From an uncultured Acidobacteriota bacterium (lineage in GTDB: Bacteria; Acidobacteriota; Blastocatellia; RBC074), in contig CAWCGF010000003.1 in the NCBI GenBank assembly GCA_963794955.1, positions 125,985-189,984 of the forward strand: a stretch of DNA of 64,000 bases, in the 5' to 3' direction. Position 1 is the stretch's first letter; every line of letters starts with the position of its first letter. Positions 1 through 9,546 of the stretch are shown here, piece by piece. A program made the position numbers and the translations under genes. The notes below the pieces were generated by a model. The model did no database searches, was not told the DNA's origin, and was given only the letters and a program-made list of their open reading frames with translations.

Positions 1-89
1 CGGGTAAGGCGCTGATCGTGCCAACAATCTCGACAAACGTTGCCCCGGTGTCGCCGGTCGTTGCGCCTTTGATGTCGATTTTGACGGCA

Positions 90-1800
90 TCAATCGAGCC
101 ATCGTCTTTCATGTAACCTTTGATTTCCGCCAAGGCACCGACTGCTGCCAAGGGTGCGATTTGGTTCGATCTGGGTGCGCGTGAAGACGTGGATGGTTTT
201 GTTGCCCACTGTCCAATCACCAAGAAAGCCACGGTTCGCTGGCAGGCTCTTGATCGTGTCGTAGAAGCGCACGAAAGCGATGGCCGCATCTCCTGTGTCC
301 ACATCCTTTTTGACTGTGATGGCCGTAGCATCAATTCCGCCATCAGAGCGGCGGTTGCCTTCCACTTCGACCAATGCGCGCAAGGCGATTTTGCCCTGTT
401 CCTGATTGAGCTTGGTCTCCTGTGCGACGAACACTTTAGCTCCACGCACCGCCCATTCTCCGACAAAATTCTCGGTATTGGGCAACCGCAAAATCATGGT
501 CACGAATTTAATATAACCACCCTGCGAGCTGTCACGGGTTTTGACCGCAATCTTGACCGCTTCCGAGATGCCATCCGCTTTGACGATGGCTACAACTTCG
601 ACGGTTACCCCAGCGGCAAACGCTGCCAATTCATTCCCAAATGCTGTTGTTGCCACGACATTCAATTTGATGCCGCCAACATTCCAGCCGCCAATTTGGC
701 CCCTGGTTCCCGGCAGGCTTTTGATGATGCCGAAGAAGCGGCGATAGCCCGGCGTATCGCGGTCAGGATCAGGCGAACCAACAACAATCTTACTGGCATT
801 TACAGAACGATCCATTTGCACAATGCCTTCGACCGCGACCTGCGAACCCACTTTGACTGGGCCGTAGGGATTGCTCAGGCGGGTCGTTCGGATGACGTGA
901 ACCGTACGCCCGCTGATTTTCCAATCGCCAATTTGATTGGTCGTGTTGGGCAGGCTTTCGACGGTGCCGCGAAACGCGACTTCGGTGGGTTCTGGTTGTG
1001 GGGTCGCAACGGTTTCGATTTCCAGTGCATTGAGCGATTTATCAGACTGGACTACGCCCACGACTTTGACCGTCACACCGATGGCCACTTCGCCGTTGGT
1101 CTGATTGATGCGGGTAGTTGTTGTGACGTGAACAACCCGACCACTGACTTTCCAATCGCCGACGCGTCCGCGTGTGTTTGGCAATTCTTCCACTTTGCCC
1201 AGTATCCTGGTATCAGGAGTCGTGTTCGCCTGGGTTTCGATTTTAACTGCATTGATGGAGCCGTTGCTTTGCAGCAATCCTTCCACCTTGACCGTCACGC
1301 CTACTGCGACCGGACTATTTTCCTGTTGGATTACCGTCGTGGCAGAGACGTGAATAATTCTGCCTCCTACTTTCCAGTCGCCGATGCGTCCGCGCGTGCT
1401 GGGAAGTTCTTCAACATTTCCCGTGACGCTTATTTCGCTACGGCTCGTGGTGCTGGGCGCGAGTTTGACTGTGAGATTTGTCGCACTGATCGTGCGGTCG
1501 CTGTTGACGGCGCCTTTGACCTCGATGTAGGCACCAATGGCGATGGGACTGTTGTTCCGTGTTGACGACCGTCTTGGCCGAAACGCGTATGGTGCGACCA
1601 CCAACTGTCCAGTCGCCCAGGAAATTTGCTGTTGTCGGCAAGGCGCTGATCGTGCCGTTAAATTCCAGTTCACTGCTGGTGATCTGTGCCTGCGCGGGGG
1701 TGGGCAGCATCGGAACCAGTCCGATGAGTAATAGGAAAATGGCGAAAATTGCTTTCAGGGGTTGCCCCTGTGAAGATGTGTGTGGATTTTTCGTATTCAT
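90..1800 (-). CDS. Secreted tandem-repeat protein (DUF5666-like ~55-aa repeats with the GDW-x-VGGR motif), split by a frameshift near 1555-1600
   Basis: ORF 1438..1800 has a signal peptide (LLLIGLVPMLPTPAQA) followed by the first repeat (FLGDWTVGGRTIRVSAKTVVNTEQ). It then runs out of frame. ORF 90..1673 continues the same repeat (NNSPIAIGAYIEVKG...) in another frame, and roughly nine repeats follow. The frame switch maps near ACGGAACAACAGTCCC. Confidence 0.6.
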
Positions 1801-2208
1801 GTTTTACCTCTGGTTGTGTGGTTTGATTGCCGGTCAATGCGAGCGGGCACTCTCCCCTTTACTATACAACCGCTGTGCCGGAACTACGACCGCTTGGAAA
1901 TCATTGTGTAAGTACTTGCGAAAAGACGCCATTACAGTTGAAGGCTCCGAGGCGATTTGGCAGCTTGTTGGTTAGCATTAGTGCGAACAAAGCTTCGCAC
2001 TCTGTGTGCGCACGCGTGTGCATGTTCTGTTTGTGGAAAATAAGTGCTTACGATAGCAGCAAGTTAAGCTATAGTGCGAACTGCCGTTCGCGGTGCGAAT
2101 CCTGCCTCACACCTTTTAGACTAGAGACAGATGATGCCTCCAACGGCGAAGCGTTGCCACCATTACGGTTAGCCGATGGGATGCCGTGTGCAATGCGAAA
2201 ATAAAAGT

Positions 2209-2224
2209 TGGCACATTGGTTGCT
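2209..2224 (+). promoter_or_regulatory. Sigma-54 (-24/-12) promoter upstream of the subtilase gene
   Basis: The sequence TGGCACattggTTGCT has GG at 2210-2211 and GC at 2222-2223, the canonical GG-N10-GC spacing, and a near-perfect TGGCAC-N5-TTGCW match. The predicted TSS is ~2235 and the subtilase signal-peptide ATG is at 2290. Confidence 0.55.
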
Positions 2225-2289
2225 ATCTGCGTTGAAGGGGATGAATGGAAATTCATCCAGGTAGTATTCCTCACAAGGCAAGGGACAAC

Positions 2290-4269
2290 ATGAAACTTAG
2301 CAGATGGTTTTCTCACTCAATTCCTTACGTGCTCCTCACCGCCCTCTGTTGGGGCAACATTGTGTTGCCGGTCGCGCAAGCGCAAGATCACACCAGCCGC
2401 GAGCGTCGCTCCAGTGAGCAGCGCAGCCCACAAAGCCGTACAGCCGTCGAAGCAGAAGGGCGAAAACTTTCCGATGACCTGAAAGTCCGGCTCAGAGATG
2501 GTGCCTCAGCGCGCGTCAAAGTTGTGTTGCAATTCAACGGAACTCTCAGTTCCACGACACAATCGCTACTCAATCAGGCAGGGATTATTAGCCGGGACAA
2601 AGACCGCTTTGAGCGTCTGGCCGCCCGCACTGTAGAAGTTCCCAAAAGCGTGGTAACCCAGCTTGCAGCGCAAAGCGATGTCAATTTTCTTTCGTTGGAT
2701 CAAGAAGTGCGCTCAATGGGGCATCTCTCGGCCACGACGGGCGCGGATGTTGCACGCGGCCTGAGTCGTGGCATCGTGAGCAGTGATCTGGATGGCACGG
2801 GGATCGGCATTGCCATTGTGGATTCCGGCATTGACCGCGCGCACCATTCTTTTCTGGATCGGCGTGGCAACCGTCGCCTTATCGGGGGGCTGGATTTTAC
2901 GGATGTCGAGATCGCCAGGCCGGAAGCGGATTTTTATGGCCACGGCACGCATGTCGCTTCTGTGGCGGCAGGCAATGGCCTCATCGCTGCCAACGCTTAT
3001 CTGGGCATCGCGCCGAATGCCCATTTGCTGAACCTGCGCGTGCTCGATGAGGAAGGGAAGGGCACCGTGACAAATGTGTTACGTGCCTTGGAATGGCTCT
3101 TGACCAATCACCGTGCGTACAACATTCGGGTCGTCAATCTGAGCTTGGGCGCGCCTGCGGTAGATTCTTACCGCAACGATCCGATTTGCCGTGCCGTGCG
3201 CAAATTAGTAGACGCAGGTGTCGTTGTCATCGCTGCCGCAGGCAATAACGGCAAGGATAAAGACGGCAATAAAGTGTATGGCTTGATTCACTCGCCGGGC
3301 AATGAACCCTCGGCGATCACCGTTGGGGCCACCAATACATTCGGCACGGATGCGCGCGCCGATGACAATGTGGCCAGCTTTAGCTCACGTGGCCCTACGC
3401 GCAGTTTTTGGACGGATGCCAACCAGATCAAGCACTACGACAACCTCATCAAACCCGACCTAATTGCCCCCGGCAACAAAGTGATTGCGGCACAAGCCGT
3501 GAATAATGTCCTCGTCAGGCAAAACCCGGAGCTGGATGCGAACGTGACCCGCGACAGCGCGCGCGAGATGATGACGATGAGTGGCACCTCTGTCGCGGCT
3601 CCCGTCGTGGCGGGCGCGGTGGCCTTAATGCTACAAGCCAATCCCACGCTCACGCCCAATTTGGTCAAAGCCATTTTGATGTACACCGCACAACCGCTCG
3701 TGGGCTTCAATCTGCTGGATCAAGGCGCAGGACAACTCAATCTCGAAGGGGCAACACGGTTGGCGAAATTGGTGCGGACGGATTTGAATGCTGCCACACC
3801 GCTCGGTTCTTCGTTGCTGACAAATACGAATAATCTGATTTTGCAATCTACGATCAGTGGCTTCAGCTTCCCCTGGGCGCGCGGCATTTTAGTAGATCAT
3901 ACATTTGCGACGGGCGATGATTTGCTGACGAAATGGCAAAAGACTTATAACCTGGGCGAGTTGCTGACGAGTGGCATCATCTTCAGCGACGGCATTATTT
4001 CCAGTGACCGCTCAGTTTGGACGAGTGGCATTATTTTTAGTGATAACATTTTCGTCAGCAACGGCCTGTCACTCGGAAACGGCAATTTTTTCAGTAGTGC
4101 GGGCATCATTTTTAGTGACGGTATTATCTTCAGCGACGGCATCATTTTTAGTGACGGTATTATCTTCAGCGATATCTTTGTGCAGGCGGAATCCGCGATG
4201 AAAAGTGGTGACGCGACGACAGCAATGGCGGTTGCGCTGGATGATGGAAAGGATAATACGGGTTATTGA
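2290..4269 (+). CDS. Secreted subtilisin-like serine protease (peptidase S8) with C-terminal GIIFSD hexapeptide tandem repeats
   Basis: Catalytic triad motifs are present: IAIVDSGID (Asp), HGTHVAS (His) and GTSVAAPVVAG (Ser). The signal peptide MKLSRWFSHSIPYVLLTALCWGNIVLPVAQAQ starts at the ATG at 2290. The ORF track starts earlier, at 2245. Confidence 0.9.
   Translation: MKLSRWFSHSIPYVLLTALCWGNIVLPVAQAQDHTSRERRSSEQRSPQSRTAVEAEGRKLSDDLKVRLRDGASARVKVVLQFNGTLSSTTQSLLNQAGIISRDKDRFERLAARTVEVPKSVVTQLAAQSDVNFLSLDQEVRSMGHLSATTGADVARGLSRGIVSSDLDGTGIGIAIVDSGIDRAHHSFLDRRGNRRLIGGLDFTDVEIARPEADFYGHGTHVASVAAGNGLIAANAYLGIAPNAHLLNLRVLDEEGKGTVTNVLRALEWLLTNHRAYNIRVVNLSLGAPAVDSYRNDPICRAVRKLVDAGVVVIAAAGNNGKDKDGNKVYGLIHSPGNEPSAITVGATNTFGTDARADDNVASFSSRGPTRSFWTDANQIKHYDNLIKPDLIAPGNKVIAAQAVNNVLVRQNPELDANVTRDSAREMMTMSGTSVAAPVVAGAVALMLQANPTLTPNLVKAILMYTAQPLVGFNLLDQGAGQLNLEGATRLAKLVRTDLNAATPLGSSLLTNTNNLILQSTISGFSFPWARGILVDHTFATGDDLLTKWQKTYNLGELLTSGIIFSDGIISSDRSVWTSGIIFSDNIFVSNGLSLGNGNFFSSAGIIFSDGIIFSDGIIFSDGIIFSDIFVQAESAMKSGDATTAMAVALDDGKDNTGY
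3970..4185. repeat. 18-bp tandem repeats encoding GIIFSD/GIISSD hexapeptides (at least 7 units, partly interrupted)
   Basis: The unit ggcatcatcttcagcgac / ggcattatttttagtgac recurs in the DNA. The protein reads SGIIFSDGIISSD...SGIIFSDNIF...AGIIFSDGIIFSDGIIFSDGIIFSD. Confidence 0.7.
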
Positions 4270-4297
4270 TTGGTCATTGGTTATTGGTCATTGGTTA
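4270..4297. repeat. Heptamer microsatellite (TTGGTCA/TTGGTTA) x4 immediately after the subtilase stop
   Basis: The repeat reads ttggtcattggttattggtcattggtta. The same heptamer array (x5) occurs at 25276-25312, and a shared downstream motif (aatgac...caagtgaca) is present at both loci. Confidence 0.6.
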
Positions 4298-4354
4298 GCG
4301 CGTATCCTAATGCTCGGCTAATGACTACTGACCAATGGCAAGTGACATTTCCTC

Positions 4355-7300
4355 ATGAACAATCGTTCCCTCAAACCTCACTCTGAACTACCCAAACGCA
4401 AGACAAAATTAAGTCTGGTCAGTTTTCAACCACTCGCTGCAACTGCGGCGGAACGAAAGTTGGAAGTGGTTCGCCTGCTACTGGATCAAGGCCGCGCAAA
4501 AGAAGCGCAACAACAACTAGCCACCTTGCTTAAGCCCGGCAAAAACGTTCGCCATGGTGATTCGACGCTGGTCAATGCGCGTTGTGCGTTGTCGCTCTCG
4601 CTGGAAATGCAGGGGCGTTACCGGGAATCGCTCGAAGCTGTTGCCGCTTACGAAGCGAACGAAGCGCGTGAAGGGCTGGACGCCGAGGCCTTGGCGTGCG
4701 TACGTGTGCATCTGGGACTCGCCTATCAATACACGGGCGATCATCCGAAAGCCGTAGCGATTCTCAACACTGCCTTGCGCGAGGCGATAGAGAATCAATC
4801 CGATGCGCAATGCGGCAGTGTCTACGTTGCCCTCGCCCGCGTCTATCGCAGCATCAACGAATACACGATTGCGCGCGGTCACGCGAATCAGGCCTTGGAG
4901 CATTTTCGCGCGATTGGCGATTGGCGCGGAATGGCCGAAGCCTATTTCGGACTCGCCCTCGCCAATGTTTTTGCCGGCCAATGGGAAGCAGGGCTGGAAA
5001 ACCTGGAGCAGGCGCGTTCGTTGATTGGCGAGCATCCCGCCACGTATTTGCTCGGCAAAATTCACACGAATATGGCCGGCGCATGCTGGTTCCTGAAGCG
5101 ACCGCAAGAAGGCATCAGCTACCTGGAAAAGGCCGTAGATTATTACGACCGCACCGAACACAAAGCCAACGCAATGGATGGCTATAACAACCTGGGCGAA
5201 ACGTTGATGCTGGTGGGCGAATGGGATCGTGCGCAAAAGGCGCTTGAACGTGCCCTTGCCTTGGCGCAGGAGATTGATAATCGCCCTGCGGCGGTGGCAG
5301 CGGTGCTGGATTCACTCGGCAAATTGCAAATGTTGCGTGGCAACTTATCCGAGGCGCAGGCATTGCTTGAGCAAGCCGTCGCTACTGCAACGAATCACGG
5401 CAATAAATGGTACGAAGGACAGGCAATTCGCACGCTGAGTCAATGTTTATTGGCCAATGGTGAGATTGCGTTGGCGTTGGAGAAGGCCCGGCAAGCCTTC
5501 ACACTCGGCGAAAAGATTGGTGATCGGCAGGCCATTTGCGAGTCGCGGTTGTTGTTGGGCGAGGCCTTTCTATGCGAAGGACAACTAGATAAAAGCGCGG
5601 CAGAATTGCAGATCGTTTTTGCAGAAACGAAAGATTCCTCGGATGATTTAGCGATTGCTGGCAATGCCCATCGGTTGAATGGGATGCTGGCGTTGGCGCA
5701 GCAAGACAATGCGCGCGCGGTGAATTATTTCGGGCGCTGCATCTCGGTGTTTGAAATGCTCGGCGATGTGTATCGGTCGGCACGGGCGCATTATTGGCAA
5801 GGCCGTGCTTACGCGCAAACGCAACCGCAACGCGCGCGGGAGCATCTGCAGCAAGCCATCAGTGCTTTCCAAAAACTGGGCGCAACCTTGGCGCTGGCGG
5901 AGACGGAAGCCGCCCTGGCAGCGCTCAATCAAACTCCTGCCTTACGACAAGATGAAGTTGCTTCGCTGATTCAGATGCTCACGTTGCGCTTGTCAGAGGC
6001 GACGGCGTCCCGCGAATTATTGCTGCGCGAATTAGGCGCAGTGATTCGTGAAGAAACAGCGGCGCAGCAGCTTTTGATCTTTGAGCCAGCCGCGAATGCC
6101 AGTCAGAAAATTGTTGTGGCCAGTGGTTGGACAGAAGAGGAAAGTCATAATTTGCTGGCTGTCATTCATGAGGCGGCGGATGAAGATGAGCAGGAAATTG
6201 TGACACGCAAACTTGCTTTGACAATGATTCGGCTCAGCCCGACAAAAGCGGCGGCGGCGACGATCCTGCTTGCGCCACCTGATTCTGCGATTTTGCCGTT
6301 TGGGCTTTCGCTCGAATCCCTGTTGCGCGTCGTGGAATTGGGGCTGAACACCTGTGCCTTACACGAAAAAGTGGCGGACGGGTCGGATACACAAGTAGCT
6401 TCAGCGGCAGCCAAGCAAAGTCTGATGCCGGGCTTTATTCATTCGAGTCCGGCGATGTTGCGCCTGGTGGATGAAATCTACAAAATACGCTCTTCGGATG
6501 TGACGGCGCTGGTAACAGGCGAATCCGGCACGGGGAAGGAACTCGTTGCGCGGGCGATTCACGCGCATTCCTCACGCCGCGCCAAAGTGTTCGTGCCGTT
6601 CAATTGCACGGCGGTGCCAAAAGAGCTTTCAGACGCGTTTTTATTTGGCTACAAACGCGGCGCGTTTACCGGAGCGGTGGCGGATTCGGCAGGTGTGATT
6701 CGGGCGGCGACAGGCGGAACTTTGTTTTTGGATGAAGTCGGAGATTTACCGTTGGAGATTCAGCCCAAGCTGTTACGCTTTTTGCAGGAAGGCGAAATCC
6801 AACCGCTCGGCGAACAGCGTCCGATCAAAGTGGATGTGCGCGTGATTGCGGCGACGAATTCTGAGCTGGAAGAAATGGTAGCAGCGGGACGATTCCGCGA
6901 AGATTTATATTACCGGTTGAATGTGATTCGTTTGCGGGTTCCCCCCTTGCGCGAACGGCGTTCAGAGGTGCCGGCCATCGTGAATTACTACGTCAAACAT
7001 TACTCCGACAAGTTCGGACGACGCGATATTCAAATCAGCCCACAAGCCTTGGATTTGCTGATGGTGTATGACTGGCCGGGCAATGTGCGACAACTCACCA
7101 ATGAAATTCAGCGCCTCATCGCGCGCACCGAAGATGGCAGCTTGATTTCGCCCGAACTGCTTTCGCCTGAACTGCGCCGCAACAATGCCTTTGCTGCAAC
7201 TTCCTCGTCGTTGACCACTGGCACAACCCTCTCTCCACAGTTCTGGGAAAACATGACGATGAACGATGCCGTGGAGCAGTTCAAGCAATATGTCCTGAGC

Positions 7301-7414
7301 GAAACCTTACGGAAAAACGGCGGCAACGTTTCGCGCACGGCGCGTGAATTGGGGATGACGCGGCGCGGCTTGCAATTGATGCTGGTGCGTTATCGGCTGA
7401 ATAGTGTGGGATAA
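4355..7414 (+). CDS. Sigma-54-dependent transcriptional regulator (bacterial enhancer-binding protein) with a ~650-aa N-terminal TPR-repeat region and a C-terminal Fis-type HTH
   Basis: The AAA+ sigma-54 interaction domain shows the motifs GESGTGKELVARAIH and GAFTGA and an arginine-finger region. The C-terminus carries an HTH (VSRTARELGMTRRGLQLML). TPR-like repeats run through the N-terminal two thirds. Confidence 0.85.
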   Translation: MNNRSLKPHSELPKRKTKLSLVSFQPLAATAAERKLEVVRLLLDQGRAKEAQQQLATLLKPGKNVRHGDSTLVNARCALSLSLEMQGRYRESLEAVAAYEANEAREGLDAEALACVRVHLGLAYQYTGDHPKAVAILNTALREAIENQSDAQCGSVYVALARVYRSINEYTIARGHANQALEHFRAIGDWRGMAEAYFGLALANVFAGQWEAGLENLEQARSLIGEHPATYLLGKIHTNMAGACWFLKRPQEGISYLEKAVDYYDRTEHKANAMDGYNNLGETLMLVGEWDRAQKALERALALAQEIDNRPAAVAAVLDSLGKLQMLRGNLSEAQALLEQAVATATNHGNKWYEGQAIRTLSQCLLANGEIALALEKARQAFTLGEKIGDRQAICESRLLLGEAFLCEGQLDKSAAELQIVFAETKDSSDDLAIAGNAHRLNGMLALAQQDNARAVNYFGRCISVFEMLGDVYRSARAHYWQGRAYAQTQPQRAREHLQQAISAFQKLGATLALAETEAALAALNQTPALRQDEVASLIQMLTLRLSEATASRELLLRELGAVIREETAAQQLLIFEPAANASQKIVVASGWTEEESHNLLAVIHEAADEDEQEIVTRKLALTMIRLSPTKAAAATILLAPPDSAILPFGLSLESLLRVVELGLNTCALHEKVADGSDTQVASAAAKQSLMPGFIHSSPAMLRLVDEIYKIRSSDVTALVTGESGTGKELVARAIHAHSSRRAKVFVPFNCTAVPKELSDAFLFGYKRGAFTGAVADSAGVIRAATGGTLFLDEVGDLPLEIQPKLLRFLQEGEIQPLGEQRPIKVDVRVIAATNSELEEMVAAGRFREDLYYRLNVIRLRVPPLRERRSEVPAIVNYYVKHYSDKFGRRDIQISPQALDLLMVYDWPGNVRQLTNEIQRLIARTEDGSLISPELLSPELRRNNAFAATSSSLTTGTTLSPQFWENMTMNDAVEQFKQYVLSETLRKNGGNVSRTARELGMTRRGLQLMLVRYRLNSVG

Positions 7415-7477
7415 GGTTGCCCTCTCTTTCCTCTCTGCGCTTCCTTCAGTTACTATGGCAAGCGAAAGGCTCGCCCT

Positions 7478-8737
7478 ATGAAACTTATTCGCAACGATAT
7501 TTTTGAGAATCTCAAAATGGCGATGGACACCTTATGGTCGAATCGCCTGCGCTCGTTTTTGACCGTGATCGGCGTGGTGATTGGGGTCTGGACAGTGATG
7601 GCCATTGCTTCGATTATCAGCGGGATTGATTATGCGGTAACCAGTCAAATCGAATCTTTTGGGACGAACTCCATCTTTCTCTACAAGTTCGATCCGGGCG
7701 TTCGGATGGGACGTCCTTCGCGCGAAGAGCGAATGCGCAAGAACTTGACTTATGACGATGCCGTGGCGCTTTCTCAATTATCGGCTATCGAACTTGCAGT
7801 GCCGACGCTCAATGTTTCCAACGATTTTTTTGGACGAAGAATTTCCGTCAAAGGTGGCGGCAAGGAATCAAATGCTGTTGTGTTGCAAGGGACAACCGCC
7901 GATTACGAACGCGCCGGGATTTGGGTGCTGCAAGGCGGACGATTTTTCACCAAAGAGGAAAATGATCGGCGCGCAGAGGTTTGCGTCATTGGTGCCTCGG
8001 TCGCGGAAAATTTCTTTCCGTTTATGCCCTCGCTCGACAAAACAATTGAAATTGGCGGAACGGATTTTCGGGTAGTAGGTATCCTGGAAAAACGCGAGCA
8101 GCTTTTTGGGGGCGGCGATGGGCAAAACGATCAAAACAACGTCATCTTCATGCCCTTTGCCGTGGCGCATAAACTCAAACCACGCGCGGAAGACCTCTCC
8201 ATTCTGGCGATTGCGAAGCCGGGGATGTTGCGCACTGGCATGGATCAAGTGACCGATCTGTTGCGCATTCGCCGCAAGGTTCCCTTTGGCGCGCCCAATA
8301 ATTTTGGAGTTTCGACGGCGGATTCGATCATTGAAACTTTTCGCTCAATTACTTTGGGGGTGGCGATTGCTATGGTGGCGATCTCTTCGGTGGGTTTGAT
8401 GGTCGGCGGCATCGGCGTGATGAATATTATGCTGGTCAGCGTCACCGAGCGCACCCGCGAAATTGGTATCCGCAAGGCGATTGGCGGGCGGCGGCGCGAT
8501 ATTATGTGGCAATTCCTGATTGAAGCGATGACGCTGACCGGAATGGGCGGGCTAATCGGCTTGCTGATTGGTTGGGCGACGACTTTGTTGATTCGGCTGA
8601 TCGTGCCGTCTTATGTACCAGTTTGGGCACCGGTCGTGGGCTTAGTCTCTAGCGTTGGGATTGGTTTGATCTTCGGTTTATGGCCCGCCTGGAAAGCGGC
8701 GCGGCTTGATCCGATTGAGGCGCTGCGGTATGAGTAG
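7478..8737 (+). CDS. ABC transporter permease, FtsX/MacB-like (MacB periplasmic core domain plus four C-terminal TM helices)
   Basis: An N-terminal TM segment (NRLRSFLTVIGVVIGV) is followed by a large periplasmic domain and a C-terminal FtsX-like region (ERTREIGIRKAIGGRRRDIMWQFL...). No ATPase gene lies adjacent. Confidence 0.8.
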   Translation: MKLIRNDIFENLKMAMDTLWSNRLRSFLTVIGVVIGVWTVMAIASIISGIDYAVTSQIESFGTNSIFLYKFDPGVRMGRPSREERMRKNLTYDDAVALSQLSAIELAVPTLNVSNDFFGRRISVKGGGKESNAVVLQGTTADYERAGIWVLQGGRFFTKEENDRRAEVCVIGASVAENFFPFMPSLDKTIEIGGTDFRVVGILEKREQLFGGGDGQNDQNNVIFMPFAVAHKLKPRAEDLSILAIAKPGMLRTGMDQVTDLLRIRRKVPFGAPNNFGVSTADSIIETFRSITLGVAIAMVAISSVGLMVGGIGVMNIMLVSVTERTREIGIRKAIGGRRRDIMWQFLIEAMTLTGMGGLIGLLIGWATTLLIRLIVPSYVPVWAPVVGLVSSVGIGLIFGLWPAWKAARLDPIEALRYE

Positions 8738-8790
8738 TGATTGGACACAGAGCCTTTGTCATTGAGTGCCCCGTGTCCAATGATTACTGA

Positions 8791-9546
8791 CTATCTCCCC
8801 AACACCGTTACCTTCGCAGTGAAAGAACCGTTATTATCTCTTAAATTCCCTTCATTCACGCTTAAAAACAAAACGCCGTCACGCTCCGCAACAAATTCCA
8901 CCTGACCGCCGATGTGAATGAAATCGTCATTGTCATCGCCCACCACGGCGATTAAGGAACCAGTCGGACTGGTGAGAATCAGTCGCTTTGGATCCGTCAA
9001 CGGAATCCCATTCGGACCGGCCATCCGATTGCTGCCGAGGTCAACCTGTCCGGTCGCCGAGATCGCAATCCGCTGTCCTTTTTTTACCCGGATTTCTGTA
9101 CTCGTCCAATCTGCGGCAGCAGCCACGATGACAGCTTTTTCGATTGCTGCGGCCTCGCTTACTGTCGGTTTGGCAGGCGCAGGCGCATTGGAAAAGTTTG
9201 GCTGGTGGATCGGTTGAGAGGTTGGAGGAACTTCTCTCGCAACGGGTTCTTTGGCTATTAGCCGTTCACCATTTTCTGTCGAAGAAGAAGTTCCGGCGTT
9301 CGCCAGCTCGCCCGTGTCGAACTGAATGCTTTCAATATCTTCCACTGCAATTACCATCCGCGAAGATGTTCGTTTGCTGGCCGACCCCAAATCCAAGAGC
9401 ACTGTAAATTCGCGGTCGTTGTACGTCGTCACTTGGCCTTTGATGACGCTGCCATTTTTCAATTTGATCGTGTCAGTCAAGGCCACCGTCGTGAAGAGGA
9501 ATACGCAACCGAGCAGCAAGCAAGAGCGAAAAAGCGTTGTCTTCAT
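8791..9546 (-). CDS. Secreted protein with a C-terminal PA-IL (LecA)-like galactophilic lectin domain
   Basis: The signal peptide is MKTTLFRSCLLLGCVFLFTTVALT. The C-terminal ~110 aa (GQRIAISATGQVDLG...GSLIAVVGDD...NEGNLRDNNGSFTAKVTVLG) parallel motifs of Pseudomonas LecA (GDVITIVAAGWASYG...GALVMKIG...[20 protein letters not shown]). Confidence 0.55.
   Translation of the reverse strand: MKTTLFRSCLLLGCVFLFTTVALTDTIKLKNGSVIKGQVTTYNDREFTVLLDLGSASKRTSSRMVIAVEDIESIQFDTGELANAGTSSSTENGERLIAKEPVAREVPPTSQPIHQPNFSNAPAPAKPTVSEAAAIEKAVIVAAAADWTSTEIRVKKGQRIAISATGQVDLGSNRMAGPNGIPLTDPKRLILTSPTGSLIAVVGDDNDDFIHIGGQVEFVAERDGVLFLSVNEGNLRDNNGSFTAKVTVLGR

Noticed and set aside
3945-4201. Minus- and plus-strand small ORFs (3945..4145, 3971..4201) inside the subtilase 3' end
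   Set aside because: They are alternative-frame readings of the 18-bp tandem repeat, inside a strongly supported coding region.
4517-5236. Long antisense or out-of-frame ORFs within GC-rich genes (for example 4517..5236, 14647..15321, 40000..40488, 58672..59607, 29060..29917)
   Set aside because: They are typical high-GC spurious ORFs. Each overlaps a gene with clear family-level motifs on the other strand or frame, and none has recognisable motifs of its own.
7455-7471. Second sigma-54-like element (TGGCAAgcgaaAGGCT, GG-N10-GC spacing correct) upstream of the ABC permease gene
   Set aside because: The -12 region is weak (AGGC instead of TTGC). The implied transcription start would fall at or after the best-supported ATG (7478) of the permease.
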